Assembly (NCBI GenBank): GCA_000092065.1
Contig: CP000588.1
Length of the DNA stretch: 64,000 bases
From: Ostreococcus lucimarinus
Taxonomy: Eukaryota
Direction: 5' to 3' (one strand)
How positions within the stretch are numbered: position 1 is the stretch's first letter; each line of letters starts with the position of its first letter. The translations under genes were made by a program, and so were the position numbers. Of the stretch, positions 30,389-40,957 are shown piece after piece. The notes under the pieces are model-generated. The model worked only from the letters and a program-made list of their open reading frames with translations, was not told the DNA's origin and made no database searches.

Positions 30389-32149
30389 TTACGCGTCGTC
30401 GCTCGACGGCCCAGCCGCGCGCAAGTTTTCTAAATCTTTCTCGTCATCATCGCCGATGGGGGTCAACTCCACATCCCTATACTCTTCGCCGTTCGCTGGC
30501 GTCGTCTCGTGAGCATCCGCGCTCCCTCCGGCGTCGCTCGTGTTGACGGGCGACCACGCTCCGTGCGCAGGCGCGCCGCCGAACGTCGGTATCATAAAAT
30601 TGTTCTCTAAATCGTCCCACCACTCGAACAATCTTGCCTTGACGCGAAAAGCTATGGAAAGGTACCAAATCGGGTGACCATCTGCGAGTGCCCGCGCGCG
30701 CACGGCACGAGCGCGCGGCGATGGGTTGATGAAACCCAAGCCATCGTGCGCGGTCGCGCTCATCGCCGAGCTCACCATGCCCTCTCTGTCGCTCGGGTCG
30801 TGCAAGCCGAGATGTTTCATCAACGGTAGCGTGGCGCCGCCGAGAACTAGGGTAGAAACTAAGCAAATCACCAACGTCCCGGTCTCGACCGCGCGCGATC
30901 CTTGCTCGCCTGGTCGCGTCGACGGCATGTTTACGGCCAAGGCGTATGCGACGGCGCCTCGCAAACCGCACGCCGCGTGCATGACTTGAACGTTCCGGGG
31001 AATAGGCGTCTCTCGCAGTGTGTTCGCCAAACGACTGAGTGGAAATATATTCACAGCTCGAGCCGCCATGGCGAGAGGGATGCCCGTGAGCAAAATCCCA
31101 AAATCCCACAAATGATCAAACGTCGCGACTTGCATGCCGAGATAGGCAAACACAAAGGTTTCGGATAAAAACGCCGCCGCCTCGAACGATTTAAACACAG
31201 CAATTTGGGCCTCTTCGCCGACGTTATGGTACGAGTAATGCGCGTTGCCGATACCCGTGAAAAATATGCTCATAATTCCGCTCATGCCCACGTTTTCCGC
31301 CAAGACGTACGAAAAGTACCCCGAGATGAGCAACAGCGCAAACGTGTACGCCGTGCCGTTGTACGACGCCGCCACGTTCGGCGGCGCTTCCGCCAATCCC
31401 AAAGTCTTCAGCAACAGCGCCGTACCGAGCGCGATCGCGATCCCGATGAGCAACGATCCGATGGAAACGAGTATGAATTGCCCTATGACGGTCCAAAACG
31501 TCGAAACCGTAAACTCTTGCTCGTAAAACTCCGCCAACGTGCGAAACAAGACCACGGCGACGGCGTCGTTCAAAACGCTTTCACCAAAAACTAAATTATA
31601 CAACAAAGGCGGCGCCGAGACGTCCGCAAAAACGCTCAGCGTCGCCACGGGATCGGTGGACGAAATCAACGTCCCGTACAACAGACACTCCAACAACGGA
31701 TTCGACCCGAGATGTTTCCTCGCAATCACGCCAATCTCCACCAGCACGAACGTGCTCAGCCCGAACACGAAGCTCGAGATCACCGTCCCCACGAACGCGA
31801 ACAGCGCGATGGTGAAAAAATCCGCGAAGAAATCCCGTCGCTTCAGGTTCAATCCCGCGCTGTAGATGATGATCGGCAACAACCCATAAAAGAACGCCTG
31901 CGGCGAAAATTGAAACGCCGCCACGTCCGCGCCTCGCGCCGTCTTCGCGCGCGCGACGGCGCCGAACGCGACGCCCACGATCAGCGCCGCCCCGCTCGGC
32001 TGCACCGCGCGCACGTTATACCGCTGTATGACGTAGCTCACGACGACGCACACCATGAGCAACAGCGTCGGGACGAGCGCGCTGTACCGATCGAGCGCCT
32101 CCGCGTCGCCGTGGCTCGGCATCGGCGGCGCTCCGGGCGTCGTCGACAT
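30389..32149 (-). CDS. NHX: Na+/H+ exchanger (CPA1 / NHX-type)
   Basis: The track ORF 30389–32998 has an Arg-rich extension that is probably non-coding. The likely ATG is at ~32149 (MSTTPGAPPMPSHG). The protein has 10–12 TM helices and the NHE motifs LNDAVAVVLF and FFYGLLPIIIYSAGLNLKRRDFF. Confidence 0.8.
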   Translation of the reverse strand: MSTTPGAPPMPSHGDAEALDRYSALVPTLLLMVCVVVSYVIQRYNVRAVQPSGAALIVGVAFGAVARAKTARGADVAAFQFSPQAFFYGLLPIIIYSAGLNLKRRDFFADFFTIALFAFVGTVISSFVFGLSTFVLVEIGVIARKHLGSNPLLECLLYGTLISSTDPVATLSVFADVSAPPLLYNLVFGESVLNDAVAVVLFRTLAEFYEQEFTVSTFWTVIGQFILVSIGSLLIGIAIALGTALLLKTLGLAEAPPNVAASYNGTAYTFALLLISGYFSYVLAENVGMSGIMSIFFTGIGNAHYSYHNVGEEAQIAVFKSFEAAAFLSETFVFAYLGMQVATFDHLWDFGILLTGIPLAMAARAVNIFPLSRLANTLRETPIPRNVQVMHAACGLRGAVAYALAVNMPSTRPGEQGSRAVETGTLVICLVSTLVLGGATLPLMKHLGLHDPSDREGMVSSAMSATAHDGLGFINPSPRARAVRARALADGHPIWYLSIAFRVKARLFEWWDDLENNFMIPTFGGAPAHGAWSPVNTSDAGGSADAHETTPANGEEYRDVELTPIGDDDEKDLENLRAAGPSSDDA

Positions 32150-32314
32150 CGACGGTCGACGAATCACGAATCCGTCTTCCCCGTCGGCGCGCGTCGCGTC
32201 GCGCGTCGCGCGATGTCGACTCGAAATCGACGAATTCACGACGCTTCGACGGACGCGAGAAAGATTCAAACCGAACCGCAGTCTTGGGCGCGCGTCGACG
32301 CGACGCCGACGCCG

Positions 32315-33703
32315 ATGACGACGACGGCGCGCGACGACGCGCGGTGCGACGACGACGCGCGACGCGCGCGCGCGTACGTCTCGCGATGGGCCGCGCGCGA
32401 CGCCGCGAGCGCGCGAGGGACGACGCCGAAAGCGATGCGCATGGCGCTCGGCGCCGTCGACGACGCGGTGTCGCACCGCGCGTTCGTCGACGCGGTGAAG
32501 ACGCTGGCGCGCGAAGACGCGAAAGAAGCAAAGGATGGAACTCGCGTGCGATTGGTGTGCGAACGGACGACGACGGAGGCGAACGGGATGGGGAGGAGGG
32601 TGACGCGGCGAGTCGCGCGCGAGGCGGAGGCGGACGAACGCGTCGCGGGCGCGGTGAAGACGACGGCGAGCGGGGGGGACGAAGCGTGCGCGATGGTGTA
32701 CGAAGACGAACAGAGGATAAAACGCGAGATGTATGACGCGCCGAACGAGGAGATGAACGCGTTTCGGGAGAATAAGTACGGGACGGTGACGTGCGAGACG
32801 GCGACGAGAAACGCCGAACGCGGACGACGAGGCGCGAGCGACGCGCGAGCGGCGAACGGGACGGCGGTGAAGACGAACGGGGCGTCCAAGGCGAGCGTCG
32901 CGGGGACGCCTGCGGTGGCGACGCCGAAGGAGGGTGGGGCGACCGCCGCGGGCAGGTCGGCGGCGAAGCAAAAGGACGCGGGCGCGAAGAAGAACCATTC
33001 GTTGATGTCGATGTTCGCCAACGCGCCGAAGCCCAAGGCGAAGGCGGCGACGACGAGCGAAGCGCCGAAGCGCGCCGCGGTGGCGGAGGTGAAGAAAGAA
33101 AAGGCGCCGACGCCGAAGAAGAAGGCGCCAGCGAGCGCGGAGGCGGCGATTTTAGCCGCCGAAGAGGATGAGAGCGACGACGACGATTCGGACGACGAAA
33201 TCGGCGGCGCGAAGCGCAAGCCGCGTAAAAAGCGCGCGATTACGATCGAGTCCGAAGACGAGGAGGAAGACGAGGAGGAAGACATGGAAATTGTCGACGA
33301 TGAACCCGAACCCGAACCGACGCCAAAATCGACGCCCAAGAAGACGCCCAAGTCGACGCCCAAGAAGAAGACGCCCAAGTCGACGCCCAAGAAGACGCCG
33401 CCGTCTTCCAAGCGCAAGACGCCGTCGACGCCGATCAACGACGAAAACGACGAGAACGCGTCAGATGTCGCTCCAAGCGAACCGAACTCGCGCCCGCAAT
33501 CGGCGTCGAAGAAGCACAAGAAGGAAAAGCCGCTCTCGAAAAAGGCGTTACTGGCGCGACGAATCAAGAAAACCGTCGAGGAGATGGACGAAGAGACGGG
33601 CGAGGAAATCATGAGGACGTTTTTCGTCGACGAGTTCGACAACGAGCTCAACGAAGACGGCACTTACAAAGATCCTGATAACGTGAAGACGGCCACGGCG
33701 TGA
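32315..33703 (+). CDS. K/E-rich nuclear protein, possibly DNA polymerase delta subunit 3 (POLD3/Cdc27-like)
   Basis: The internal ATG at 32315 lies in ORF 31712–33703. The protein has acidic runs and repeated TPKSTPKK motifs. The C-terminal end KKALLARRIKKTVEEMDEETGEEIMRTFF resembles the conserved POLD3 C-terminus and a PIP-like box. The assignment is weak. Confidence 0.3.
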   Translation: MTTTARDDARCDDDARRARAYVSRWAARDAASARGTTPKAMRMALGAVDDAVSHRAFVDAVKTLAREDAKEAKDGTRVRLVCERTTTEANGMGRRVTRRVAREAEADERVAGAVKTTASGGDEACAMVYEDEQRIKREMYDAPNEEMNAFRENKYGTVTCETATRNAERGRRGASDARAANGTAVKTNGASKASVAGTPAVATPKEGGATAAGRSAAKQKDAGAKKNHSLMSMFANAPKPKAKAATTSEAPKRAAVAEVKKEKAPTPKKKAPASAEAAILAAEEDESDDDDSDDEIGGAKRKPRKKRAITIESEDEEEDEEEDMEIVDDEPEPEPTPKSTPKKTPKSTPKKKTPKSTPKKTPPSSKRKTPSTPINDENDENASDVAPSEPNSRPQSASKKHKKEKPLSKKALLARRIKKTVEEMDEETGEEIMRTFFVDEFDNELNEDGTYKDPDNVKTATA

Positions 33704-33855
33704 GCGCCGTCGACGCGAAGTAGACCGATGAAAACACAGCGTTAAAGATTGATTCGTCTCTCGACCGTCGCGCGCACCGTTCGCGCCGAGACCGCGACCG
33801 AGCCGCGAACGGCGACATAAAGCGACGCCCGCGCGCGCGCGCGCGCGACGACGCG

Positions 33856-34872
33856 ATGGCGTCGTCGACACCGACGCCCGCGGCGCGCGCGGCGCCGCCG
33901 AAGAGCGCGTACTTTGAGAACGACGTCGAATTCGCCGTCGACGACGCGCCCGAGACCCCGCGCGCGATGCTCGAACGACGTCCCGAGGGCGTGTACACGG
34001 TCGGGATCGCGCGTCGCGCGCGCTCGGAGCGCGACGATGGCGATGACGCTCGCGGTGCGCCCGACGTCGCCCGCGCGTTCGCGCTCGAGGACGAGGACGG
34101 GCATTACGCGCGGTTGGCGAGCGCGGCGGCGCGCGCGAGCGCGAGCGCGGCGTTGCGGCGCGTGGGGGGAGATCCACGGTGGATGGACGTGCAGACGTGC
34201 GTGGTGACGATTCTAGCGCATCGTGAACGCGCGTCGGAGACGGAGACGGAGACGGTGGACGTTTTGATTCAGCCCAGAGGAACGGACGGCGGCGGCGAAT
34301 CGAACGCTCGAGAGCGCGGCGTTGGCGTGTTGATCGATCTCGATGCGGCGCGGGAGACGAGTCCGAGGCATCCGCATGAATTAAAATACTCGGCTTGGGC
34401 GCGCGAGCGCGTGCCCTTTGAGCGAAGATTGGCGGAATGGAACGCGGCGCATCCGAACGACGCGTGCGTCGAGTACGTGATGACGCGCAAAGTGAAACCA
34501 GAGGGATCGAACGAGTGGGAGCACGAGTGTTTGGAAGGTTTGACGACGAACTTCGCGACTTTGAAGATGGATGAGAAGCGAGAGACGCTCTACGCCGCTC
34601 GAGACGAAGTGCTCGAAGGTTTAGCCATGGGACTGCTGAAGAGTTGCGTCGATGCGACGGACGCGGGACGCGGCGCGTACGTCAGCGAATTGCTCGCGAA
34701 CGCGTTTGCGGCGACATTTTTGACGAACGCACTCAAAGGATGCGTCGCGGTAGACTTTGTCATCGTCATCGATGGCGAGACGACGCGTCGCGTCGAGTTT
34801 CCAAAATCTCTCGATCGAGCGAAGCGAATCGGCGCCGCGATCGATCAGCGGCGACGAGATTTCGCGGCGTGA
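33856..34872 (+). CDS. hypothetical protein
   Basis: The 338-aa ORF has a clean ATG, and its composition is ordinary for this genome. I recognise no domain. Confidence 0.4.
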   Translation: MASSTPTPAARAAPPKSAYFENDVEFAVDDAPETPRAMLERRPEGVYTVGIARRARSERDDGDDARGAPDVARAFALEDEDGHYARLASAAARASASAALRRVGGDPRWMDVQTCVVTILAHRERASETETETVDVLIQPRGTDGGGESNARERGVGVLIDLDAARETSPRHPHELKYSAWARERVPFERRLAEWNAAHPNDACVEYVMTRKVKPEGSNEWEHECLEGLTTNFATLKMDEKRETLYAARDEVLEGLAMGLLKSCVDATDAGRGAYVSELLANAFAATFLTNALKGCVAVDFVIVIDGETTRRVEFPKSLDRAKRIGAAIDQRRRDFAA

Positions 34873-35033
34873 GGAGATGGAAACGGAAGCCCTTACGGTT
34901 TAGAGCGCCCTTACGATTAGAGTGTAGACTACTTTTAGCGAATAGCGAACGGATAGCGAATGAGTTGTGAAGAAAAGAATGCATGTGTTGATTGAAACGT
35001 TGAAACTCGGCGCGCCTCAGCGCTCGACTCGAT

Positions 35034-36002
35034 TCAGTAAAACGTCGAAGAAAGGCTAAGGGCCGAAGCAGTCAAGGAACTCGGCACGAGCTGACGCGCC
35101 GCGTGCGCCTTTAAGTCGTCTGACAGTCCGTTATCTTTCATCACGCGGCACATCTCATCGAGAGATCGAGCGCTCACTCGATGACACTCTCGATCGACGT
35201 GCCAAATTACGAGGAAAGGCGAACATCGATCGACATTATCGTACTTGTCGCCAGTCGTACTGCCGACATAACGAACTGCGTCCGAGACCAACGTCGTATT
35301 CCACGAGACAAACAAGTCAGCGACGTCGTCCGAGGGATTATTCGTGATTTTGAAGACTTGCGCGCGAACAACCACATACGGGTTGTTTTGCGTCGCGAAC
35401 GCTCCAGACAAACCATCCGAGACGCCCGTCCGTGCGGCGCCCGTCGAGTACACCCAATGCAATTCAATCGTGTCACCAACTGCGACGTCTTGGCAAAATG
35501 AGAACGCGTACCGAGCATCCGATACATCGTCGCCGTTCGTCGCGACGACGCGAGCCGTGCCCGTCGCGTCGCTCGCGTCGTCGCACGCGAATCCGGACTC
35601 GCTCGCGTTCGGCGTCGAAAACTCGCCTTGACTCCGGTGCTCCGCGGGCGAGTGGTAGTGCACATTCGCCAGCGTCATCAACGAAACGTTTCTCAAAATC
35701 GCATTGGTCGGCAAAATGCTCGCACCGCTCGCGAGCGCACCTTCGCTCACGTCCGCGGGCGATTGCGTCCCGGCGTCGGAGCAGGCAACGAACGCGGCGC
35801 GCGCCCCCGTCTCGTCATCACCCGGGCCGAACCACTCGTCCCGTAACACCGGATACGTCACAGCGATCGTGATTGCCGCGCCGATGATAATGCCGGTGAA
35901 CACCGTGCAGCACGTCCGTCCGCACATGACGAAAATCTGAATCGTCACACAATGGCGCGCGCGGCGCGTGACGCCGTCGCCTGAAATCGGGCCGAAATTC
36001 AT
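35034..36002 (-). CDS. type-II membrane-anchored hypothetical protein; possible carbonic-anhydrase-like metal site (HYHSPAEH … IELHWVY)
   Basis: 322-aa ORF with an N-terminal TM (TVFTGIIIGAAITIAVTYP). The motif order VHYHSPAEH then IELHWVY resembles the alpha/delta-CA zinc ligands HxH…EH…ELHxxH, but the spacing is atypical. The functional call is tentative. Confidence 0.35.
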   Translation of the reverse strand: MNFGPISGDGVTRRARHCVTIQIFVMCGRTCCTVFTGIIIGAAITIAVTYPVLRDEWFGPGDDETGARAAFVACSDAGTQSPADVSEGALASGASILPTNAILRNVSLMTLANVHYHSPAEHRSQGEFSTPNASESGFACDDASDATGTARVVATNGDDVSDARYAFSFCQDVAVGDTIELHWVYSTGAARTGVSDGLSGAFATQNNPYVVVRAQVFKITNNPSDDVADLFVSWNTTLVSDAVRYVGSTTGDKYDNVDRCSPFLVIWHVDRECHRVSARSLDEMCRVMKDNGLSDDLKAHAARQLVPSSLTASALSLSSTFY

Positions 36003-36100
36003 TCGAACGAATCGAGCCGTCCAAAGGTCGAAAAAAGCAGCCTCTATATGCTAGTTTGGTGCTCTTACCCCGTTTTCTCTAGCCTCTAGCGAACGCTTCT

Positions 36101-36643
36101 TCACTCTTCTTCATTCCCTTTATTCCCGCGTAAAACTACTTCGCGCGCGCGCGAACACGTGCGCTCGGGAACGTCCACGCCGTGCAAGTCTTTGACGAGC
36201 GCCGCGATCGCGCGCCACGACACTTTTCCGTCTGTGCTCAAACAAAGATCGCGCACGCGATCGTCGGCCAAAATATGTGCGATCGTCATGCGCGGTCGCC
36301 CCTCGCACGTCTCCATCGTGTGCGCGACGTACTTCGTCAAGTACCACTTCTCGTCGTCGCGTTTGCCCGAGCGCCTCATTATAACCGCGCTGAACTCACA
36401 TCGTGGACGAACGGCGCCGTCGTCGTCTTCCCTCGCACCGCGGCACGCGCAGCCGAAAACCGCCCTTCGCCCGCCGCTCAGTCGCTTGTTCACCGCGATT
36501 CCGCGCGCTTGTTCGCGCTCGAACGCCGTGAGCGCTTCCACGGCGTCTCGTCTCGTGTCGTAGGGACCGTCGGCGAGGATGCGCTTTCCGTCCATCGACG
36601 CGACGCGCGGCGGCGCCGTCTTCCGCCGCGCCTCGCGCGCCAT
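36101..36643 (-). CDS. small protein with FAR1/MULE-transposase-type (WRKY-GCM1 fold) DNA-binding domain
   Basis: The 180-aa ORF starts MAREARR…MDGKRIL. The region RRAVFGCACRGARE…RPRCEFSAVIMRRSGKRDDEKWYLTKYVAHTMETC is collinear with the FAR1 domain pattern R.FVCSKEG…GC.A….V…DGKW.V..FV.EHNHEL. There is no transposase core, TIR or TSD. Confidence 0.45.
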   Translation of the reverse strand: MAREARRKTAPPRVASMDGKRILADGPYDTRRDAVEALTAFEREQARGIAVNKRLSGGRRAVFGCACRGAREDDDGAVRPRCEFSAVIMRRSGKRDDEKWYLTKYVAHTMETCEGRPRMTIAHILADDRVRDLCLSTDGKVSWRAIAALVKDLHGVDVPERTCSRAREVVLRGNKGNEEE

Positions 36644-36798
36644 GTCCGCGAAGTGCGGCGCCGCGCGCGCGCAACGGCCCGGTGCGCCATTCGCCCTCCG
36701 CTGGCGAAAATTCAAAAACTCGAAGCGCGACGCCGGATGGCGGATGGGCCGGTGCGCGCGCGCGAGACGGTGACGCGCGCCGCGCGCGACCGACGCGC

Positions 36799-37503
36799 AT
36801 GGGGTGCTCGAAGTGTCGATACAGCGATCGCGGATGCGCGCGGTGCGTGCGCGATTTCGTCTCCAACAGCGCGGCGAGGACGGAGGGTAAACTCGGGATA
36901 GCGTCCAAGGCGAACGCGAATTCAAACGCGTCGAACGCGAAGACGGGGGAGAAACGACGGAAGAGCGCGTCGCAGGCGACGAGCGCGGTGAAGAGACACA
37001 AAACGAGCCCGGTGTTGAAGTCTGGGAAGTCGCGGAACTCGCTCGGGGCGAAGACGCCGGCGGTGAAGACGCCCAAGGCGAGAAGCGGGACGACGGGGAC
37101 GGCGCCGAGTCGGGCGAGAGCGACGAAGACGCGCGAGGGCGGTGAGTCTCGGATAGACGAAGAGGATGAGTACGAGAGCGATAAAGAAAACGTTAGAACT
37201 GCGATGGACGGTGGTAAGTGGGGGGCGCGATCGGTGGATTCGGGCGGGAGGGTGCTGTTCGACGAGTGCGAGGCGCCGTCGCCGAAGCCGATCGAGGAGA
37301 TGTCGCCGGGACAGCTGGAAATGATTGTCGCAAAGTCGCCGTCGTCGATGCGATTAGGCAATGGATTCGATAATGATGCCCCGCAGTCACCTCTTGCGGC
37401 GGCTTTTGCGATGATTAGTGAATTTTTGGAATCGCCCAAGCGCGAACGCCAACACCGTAGCGGCGCCAACGTCGAGTCGTTTTGGGGACTCGCGGCGCAT
37501 TGA
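36799..37503 (+). CDS. hypothetical K/S-rich nuclear-type protein with N-terminal CxxC…CxxC cluster
   Basis: ATG at 36799 gives MGCSKCRYSDRGCARCVRDF. Basic K-rich repeats and the acidic patch EEDEYESDKEN follow. The opposite-strand ORF 36396–37565 looks like a low-complexity artefact. Confidence 0.35.
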   Translation: MGCSKCRYSDRGCARCVRDFVSNSAARTEGKLGIASKANANSNASNAKTGEKRRKSASQATSAVKRHKTSPVLKSGKSRNSLGAKTPAVKTPKARSGTTGTAPSRARATKTREGGESRIDEEDEYESDKENVRTAMDGGKWGARSVDSGGRVLFDECEAPSPKPIEEMSPGQLEMIVAKSPSSMRLGNGFDNDAPQSPLAAAFAMISEFLESPKRERQHRSGANVESFWGLAAH

Positions 37504-37604
37504 TGATTTACTTTCACACGTCGAAGCGCACAGAAACACACACATATCATAGATTGCAGCGTCAATGTTCGATTTTGTTGATAAATACAACGAGTATGTG
37601 CTTG

Positions 37605-39428
37605 CTATTCCACGAGCGAATCCGCCGCCGCCGAAGCCAACTTCTCTTCGAACGCGCTTCGTCGCGCCTCGTTCCTCGCGGCCTCGGCGTTCTTGGGGCT
37701 ACTCCAACGCATTCTGTTTTCTTGATCCGCCGCGCGCTTTTCTTCCAAACGTTGTCTCTCCAACTTCAACTTATCTTGGATGTCCATGCCTTCCTTGCGC
37801 AGACGTTGCACGCGCAGCACGTGAGCGTTTTCGTACCACTGATTAAACGCTTGCGAGAGTTCAATGTTCTGCCATCGCAAGTACACCTTGGTCATTATGC
37901 GCTGACGAACGTAACGTTCTTGCAACAACTCAACCCACGCCGCGAGAACTCGGCGTTTCAAGTTCTTCAAGTACGCGTCGTTCGCGGAGTGATCCACCCA
38001 CATCGACAGCAGCCCTTGCGCTTCGGCTAAGCGCGTCTTGATCGCGACGATCTTTTCTTGGCACTGCGCACGCTCTTGCTGGCTCTCAAACTGCCCTCGC
38101 TCGAGCTCTTCTTGAAGCTCGAGTAACTGCTCTGTGTGCTCGTCGATGTTGCGTATCTTCATCGCTTCCATAAAGGTCTGCAACTGCGCCTTAGTCTTCT
38201 CCACGCGCCTCACCATGGCTTTTTCCACCGGCGCGGCGTGCTCGGCAAAGTTCGTGCTCGCGATATGATTCAGTTGAGATCCAACCTTGGGGTGCTTTTG
38301 GACCGGCGCATCTGGATCCTCGTCCTTGTCTCGGATTGTCACGCAAATCCCGCCGCCGAGGCACGGACGGAAGACGACATTGTCGCGCGCCCACTGCCAA
38401 AGCGTCGTCGGATTGAATTCCCTGACCTCGTCGTCGTCGCTCTCGGCAATGTGATACTTCTCGCCGATCTTTTTCAACACGTGCCCGATCGCACCAAGGC
38501 CTGCGCTGAAGAGCAACGTCCACGCGACCTCCTGACCCGTTTGGTTGATCGAAGTAGACTCGCGACGCGGCTTGGCCCTGTCCGCCTTGAGCTTGGGCTT
38601 CGCCGCGACGGCCTTGTTCGTCTCCACTTTTTTAGGCTTATCGGTCGACTCCTTCTCGCGCGCTATCGCATCCTTCTTGTCCTGCTTCGCCTTATCCTGC
38701 TTCGCCTTCTCTTTCGCCGCGTCCGCCTTCGCCTTATCCTTGGCAGCCGTCGCGTTGGGCGTCTTTTTCGGTTGCCGCTTATCCTTCGCCGCCTCGCTCG
38801 GCTTCTTGGCGCCCGCTCGCGACTTGAAATTTTCGAATCTCGCCCCAAAATTCTCCGCCGCTTCGTCCGTGGTTTTAGCCACTACCGACATCATCTTCTT
38901 CCTCCAAGCGCTCAGCTTGTCGCGAGATTTTCCGACGAGTTCGCCCGCGAGCGCCGCCTTCTCGCCCTTCGCCGCCACTCCGAACTCCTCCACCCTCGCC
39001 CGTAACTCTGCTTGCAACTCTTTACTCCGCTGTTCCAGCACGGGATAACTTTTCTCGTACAGTTTCCCACTAAAACTCGTCGTCGTCGTCGTCGTCGTCG
39101 TCGTTTTCTCGCCTCCGCGCTTCCCGCCTCCCCGCGCGTCGTTCGCCGACGCCGCGGCGTTCGTCGACGCCGATCGCCCCTTCTTCGCCGTCTTCGCCGT
39201 CTTCTCCGTCTTCGCCTTCAGCGGCACGTCCAGCACCATCCCCGAGATCAACCCTTTCGCCGACGCGTGCGGGTTCAGCAGCAGGATCACCTCCGCGCGC
39301 GTCCCCGTGCGCTTGGCGAACGCGCTCAGCGTTTCGTTTTTACGAACGACGACGCTCTCGAACGCGTCCGCGTTCGCGCGTCGTCGATCGCGCCGTCCGT
39401 CGCGATTCCGCGGCGTCGGCGTCGACAT
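37605..39428 (-). CDS. LysM-domain-like N-terminus + K-rich region + long coiled-coil protein
   Basis: The internal ATG at ~39428 gives MSTPTPRNRDG…. The LysM-like segment is VVVRKNETLSAFAKRTGTRAEVILLLNP. A poly-T/K-rich linker is followed by a C-terminal coiled coil of about 250 aa. The upstream part of the track ORF is Arg-rich and probably non-coding. Confidence 0.45.
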   Translation of the reverse strand: MSTPTPRNRDGRRDRRRANADAFESVVVRKNETLSAFAKRTGTRAEVILLLNPHASAKGLISGMVLDVPLKAKTEKTAKTAKKGRSASTNAAASANDARGGGKRGGEKTTTTTTTTTSFSGKLYEKSYPVLEQRSKELQAELRARVEEFGVAAKGEKAALAGELVGKSRDKLSAWRKKMMSVVAKTTDEAAENFGARFENFKSRAGAKKPSEAAKDKRQPKKTPNATAAKDKAKADAAKEKAKQDKAKQDKKDAIAREKESTDKPKKVETNKAVAAKPKLKADRAKPRRESTSINQTGQEVAWTLLFSAGLGAIGHVLKKIGEKYHIAESDDDEVREFNPTTLWQWARDNVVFRPCLGGGICVTIRDKDEDPDAPVQKHPKVGSQLNHIASTNFAEHAAPVEKAMVRRVEKTKAQLQTFMEAMKIRNIDEHTEQLLELQEELERGQFESQQERAQCQEKIVAIKTRLAEAQGLLSMWVDHSANDAYLKNLKRRVLAAWVELLQERYVRQRIMTKVYLRWQNIELSQAFNQWYENAHVLRVQRLRKEGMDIQDKLKLERQRLEEKRAADQENRMRWSSPKNAEAARNEARRSAFEEKLASAAADSLVE

Positions 39429-39663
39429 GATGGCGCACCGGTCGCGCGGTTCGTCGCGCGTCTGTGCCGCACGCGCGCGAGTGCGATCGCGCGACGCCGC
39501 ATCGATCGCATTCGCAATCGCATTCGCATTCGACGATTTTTTTTTCGCGGATGTCGTGCGGTGTGCGTCCCGAGACGGGTTTTCGTACGTGGTCGCGGCG
39601 CGTCGTGGACGCGCCCCATCGCGCGTCGCGTCGCGCGCCGTCTTTTCCGCGCGCGCACGAACG

Positions 39664-40542
39664 ATGGCGCCGACGAAAGGTGCGCGCGCGACGGGATGCG
39701 ACGCGACGATTCTTCTCGGATCGCGCGCGCGCGAGCGAGCGTCGCGCGACGTCGCGAACGACGCGCGGCGCCGCGCGCGACGACGACGGAAAGGGCTTTG
39801 GACTGACGGATCGCGCACGACGTCGCGTCGCGAGCAGACGAAAAGGTGAACAAGGCGAGCAAGGCGGCGAAGTTCGTGAAGAAGGGCGCCAAGGGCAAGC
39901 TTCTGAAGAAGCGATTCTCCGCGACGTTCCACAGGTACGCGCACGCGAGCCGCACGAAAGACGAATGATGCGTTCGACGCCCCGAGCGCGCCTTCGTGCG
40001 ACGATGAGACTGACGGTGCGCGACGTTCCGACCGTGAATAGGCCGCGCACTTTGAAGCATGAGCGTAAGCCGGCGTACCCGCGCGTTTCCGTGCCGTCCA
40101 AGTGCAAGCTCGACCGCTGGCAGGTGCGTACGACGACCGACGCGCGCGACGCTGGGATGGGCTTTAGGGTTTTCCGTCGAGCGCGACGTCGAGCGAGAAC
40201 TCAACGGCCTCGCGACGCACGACGAATCGATTGAACCGCGATAGCGAACGCGAAGACTGACGACGATGGTTCTGTCGACCGTGATTTTCTCCGCAGATCT
40301 TGAAGCACCCGCTCGCGAACGAAAACGCGTTGGCGAAGATTGAGTCCAACAACACGCTCGTCTTCGTCGTCGACGCTCGCGCGAACAAGAGGCAAATCAA
40401 GGAAGCGATCAAGCGCATGTACGACATCGAGTGCTTGAAGGTGAACACGCTCATCCGCCCGAACGGCGACAAGAAGGCGTACTGCCGCCTTACGGATGAC
40501 TACGACGCCGTCGACGTCGCCAACAGGATCGGCGTCATCTAG
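39664..40542 (+). CDS. RPL23A: 60S ribosomal protein L23a (uL23); join(39664..39679,39838..39934,40042..40123,40297..40542)
   Basis: Four exons reconstruct MAPTK|[32 protein letters not shown]|[28 protein letters not shown]|[26 protein letters not shown]…DVANRIGVI. This is collinear with eukaryotic L23a. The introns are 158, 107 and 173 bp, with GTGCGC, GTACGC and GTGCGT donors, CTGAC branch points, and CAG, TAG and CAG acceptors. The track shows only the last exon, 40300–40542, with a TTG start. Confidence 0.85.
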
Positions 40543-40957
40543 TCGAGACGCCGGGTTGTCTAATAGTTCGAGGAGAGTTTTTGTGGGGAGTTAACTACTA
40601 CATGCTAGTCAAATATAACGACGCGAGGTCGTCGGTCGGTAGCGTTCGCGCGCGCGTTTCGTCTCTCACCACGCGCGGGTCGGTTTGTTTATTAGGAACA
40701 AAGTCGACGCCGCGCGAGAGCACTTCAGAGACGCGCGTCGCCTTGTAACGACATCGAGCAGTCTTCGCGTTGAATCTTCGGTGCGCGTCCACTCCGTCGC
40801 CGCGTTCGATCGCGTCGCCGATCGCATCGCGTGGCATCGATCGCGCGCCGCGCGAACGTCACCCGTTCGATCCCGCGGTCTCCAGAGTCAGTCTGGGGAG
40901 TCGTGATGACGATTAGTCTCGCTCGTCTCGACAGCCTCGTTCGCACTTCGCGACGCG

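Noticed and set aside
30389-32998. Track ORF giving an 869-aa Na+/H+ exchanger with a 280-aa Arg-rich N-terminus
   Set aside because: The N-terminal 280 aa are RRR/HRR low-complexity. They overlap the 5' end of the divergent 32315(+) gene. The conserved NHX core starts at the internal Met MSTTPGAPP (~32149).
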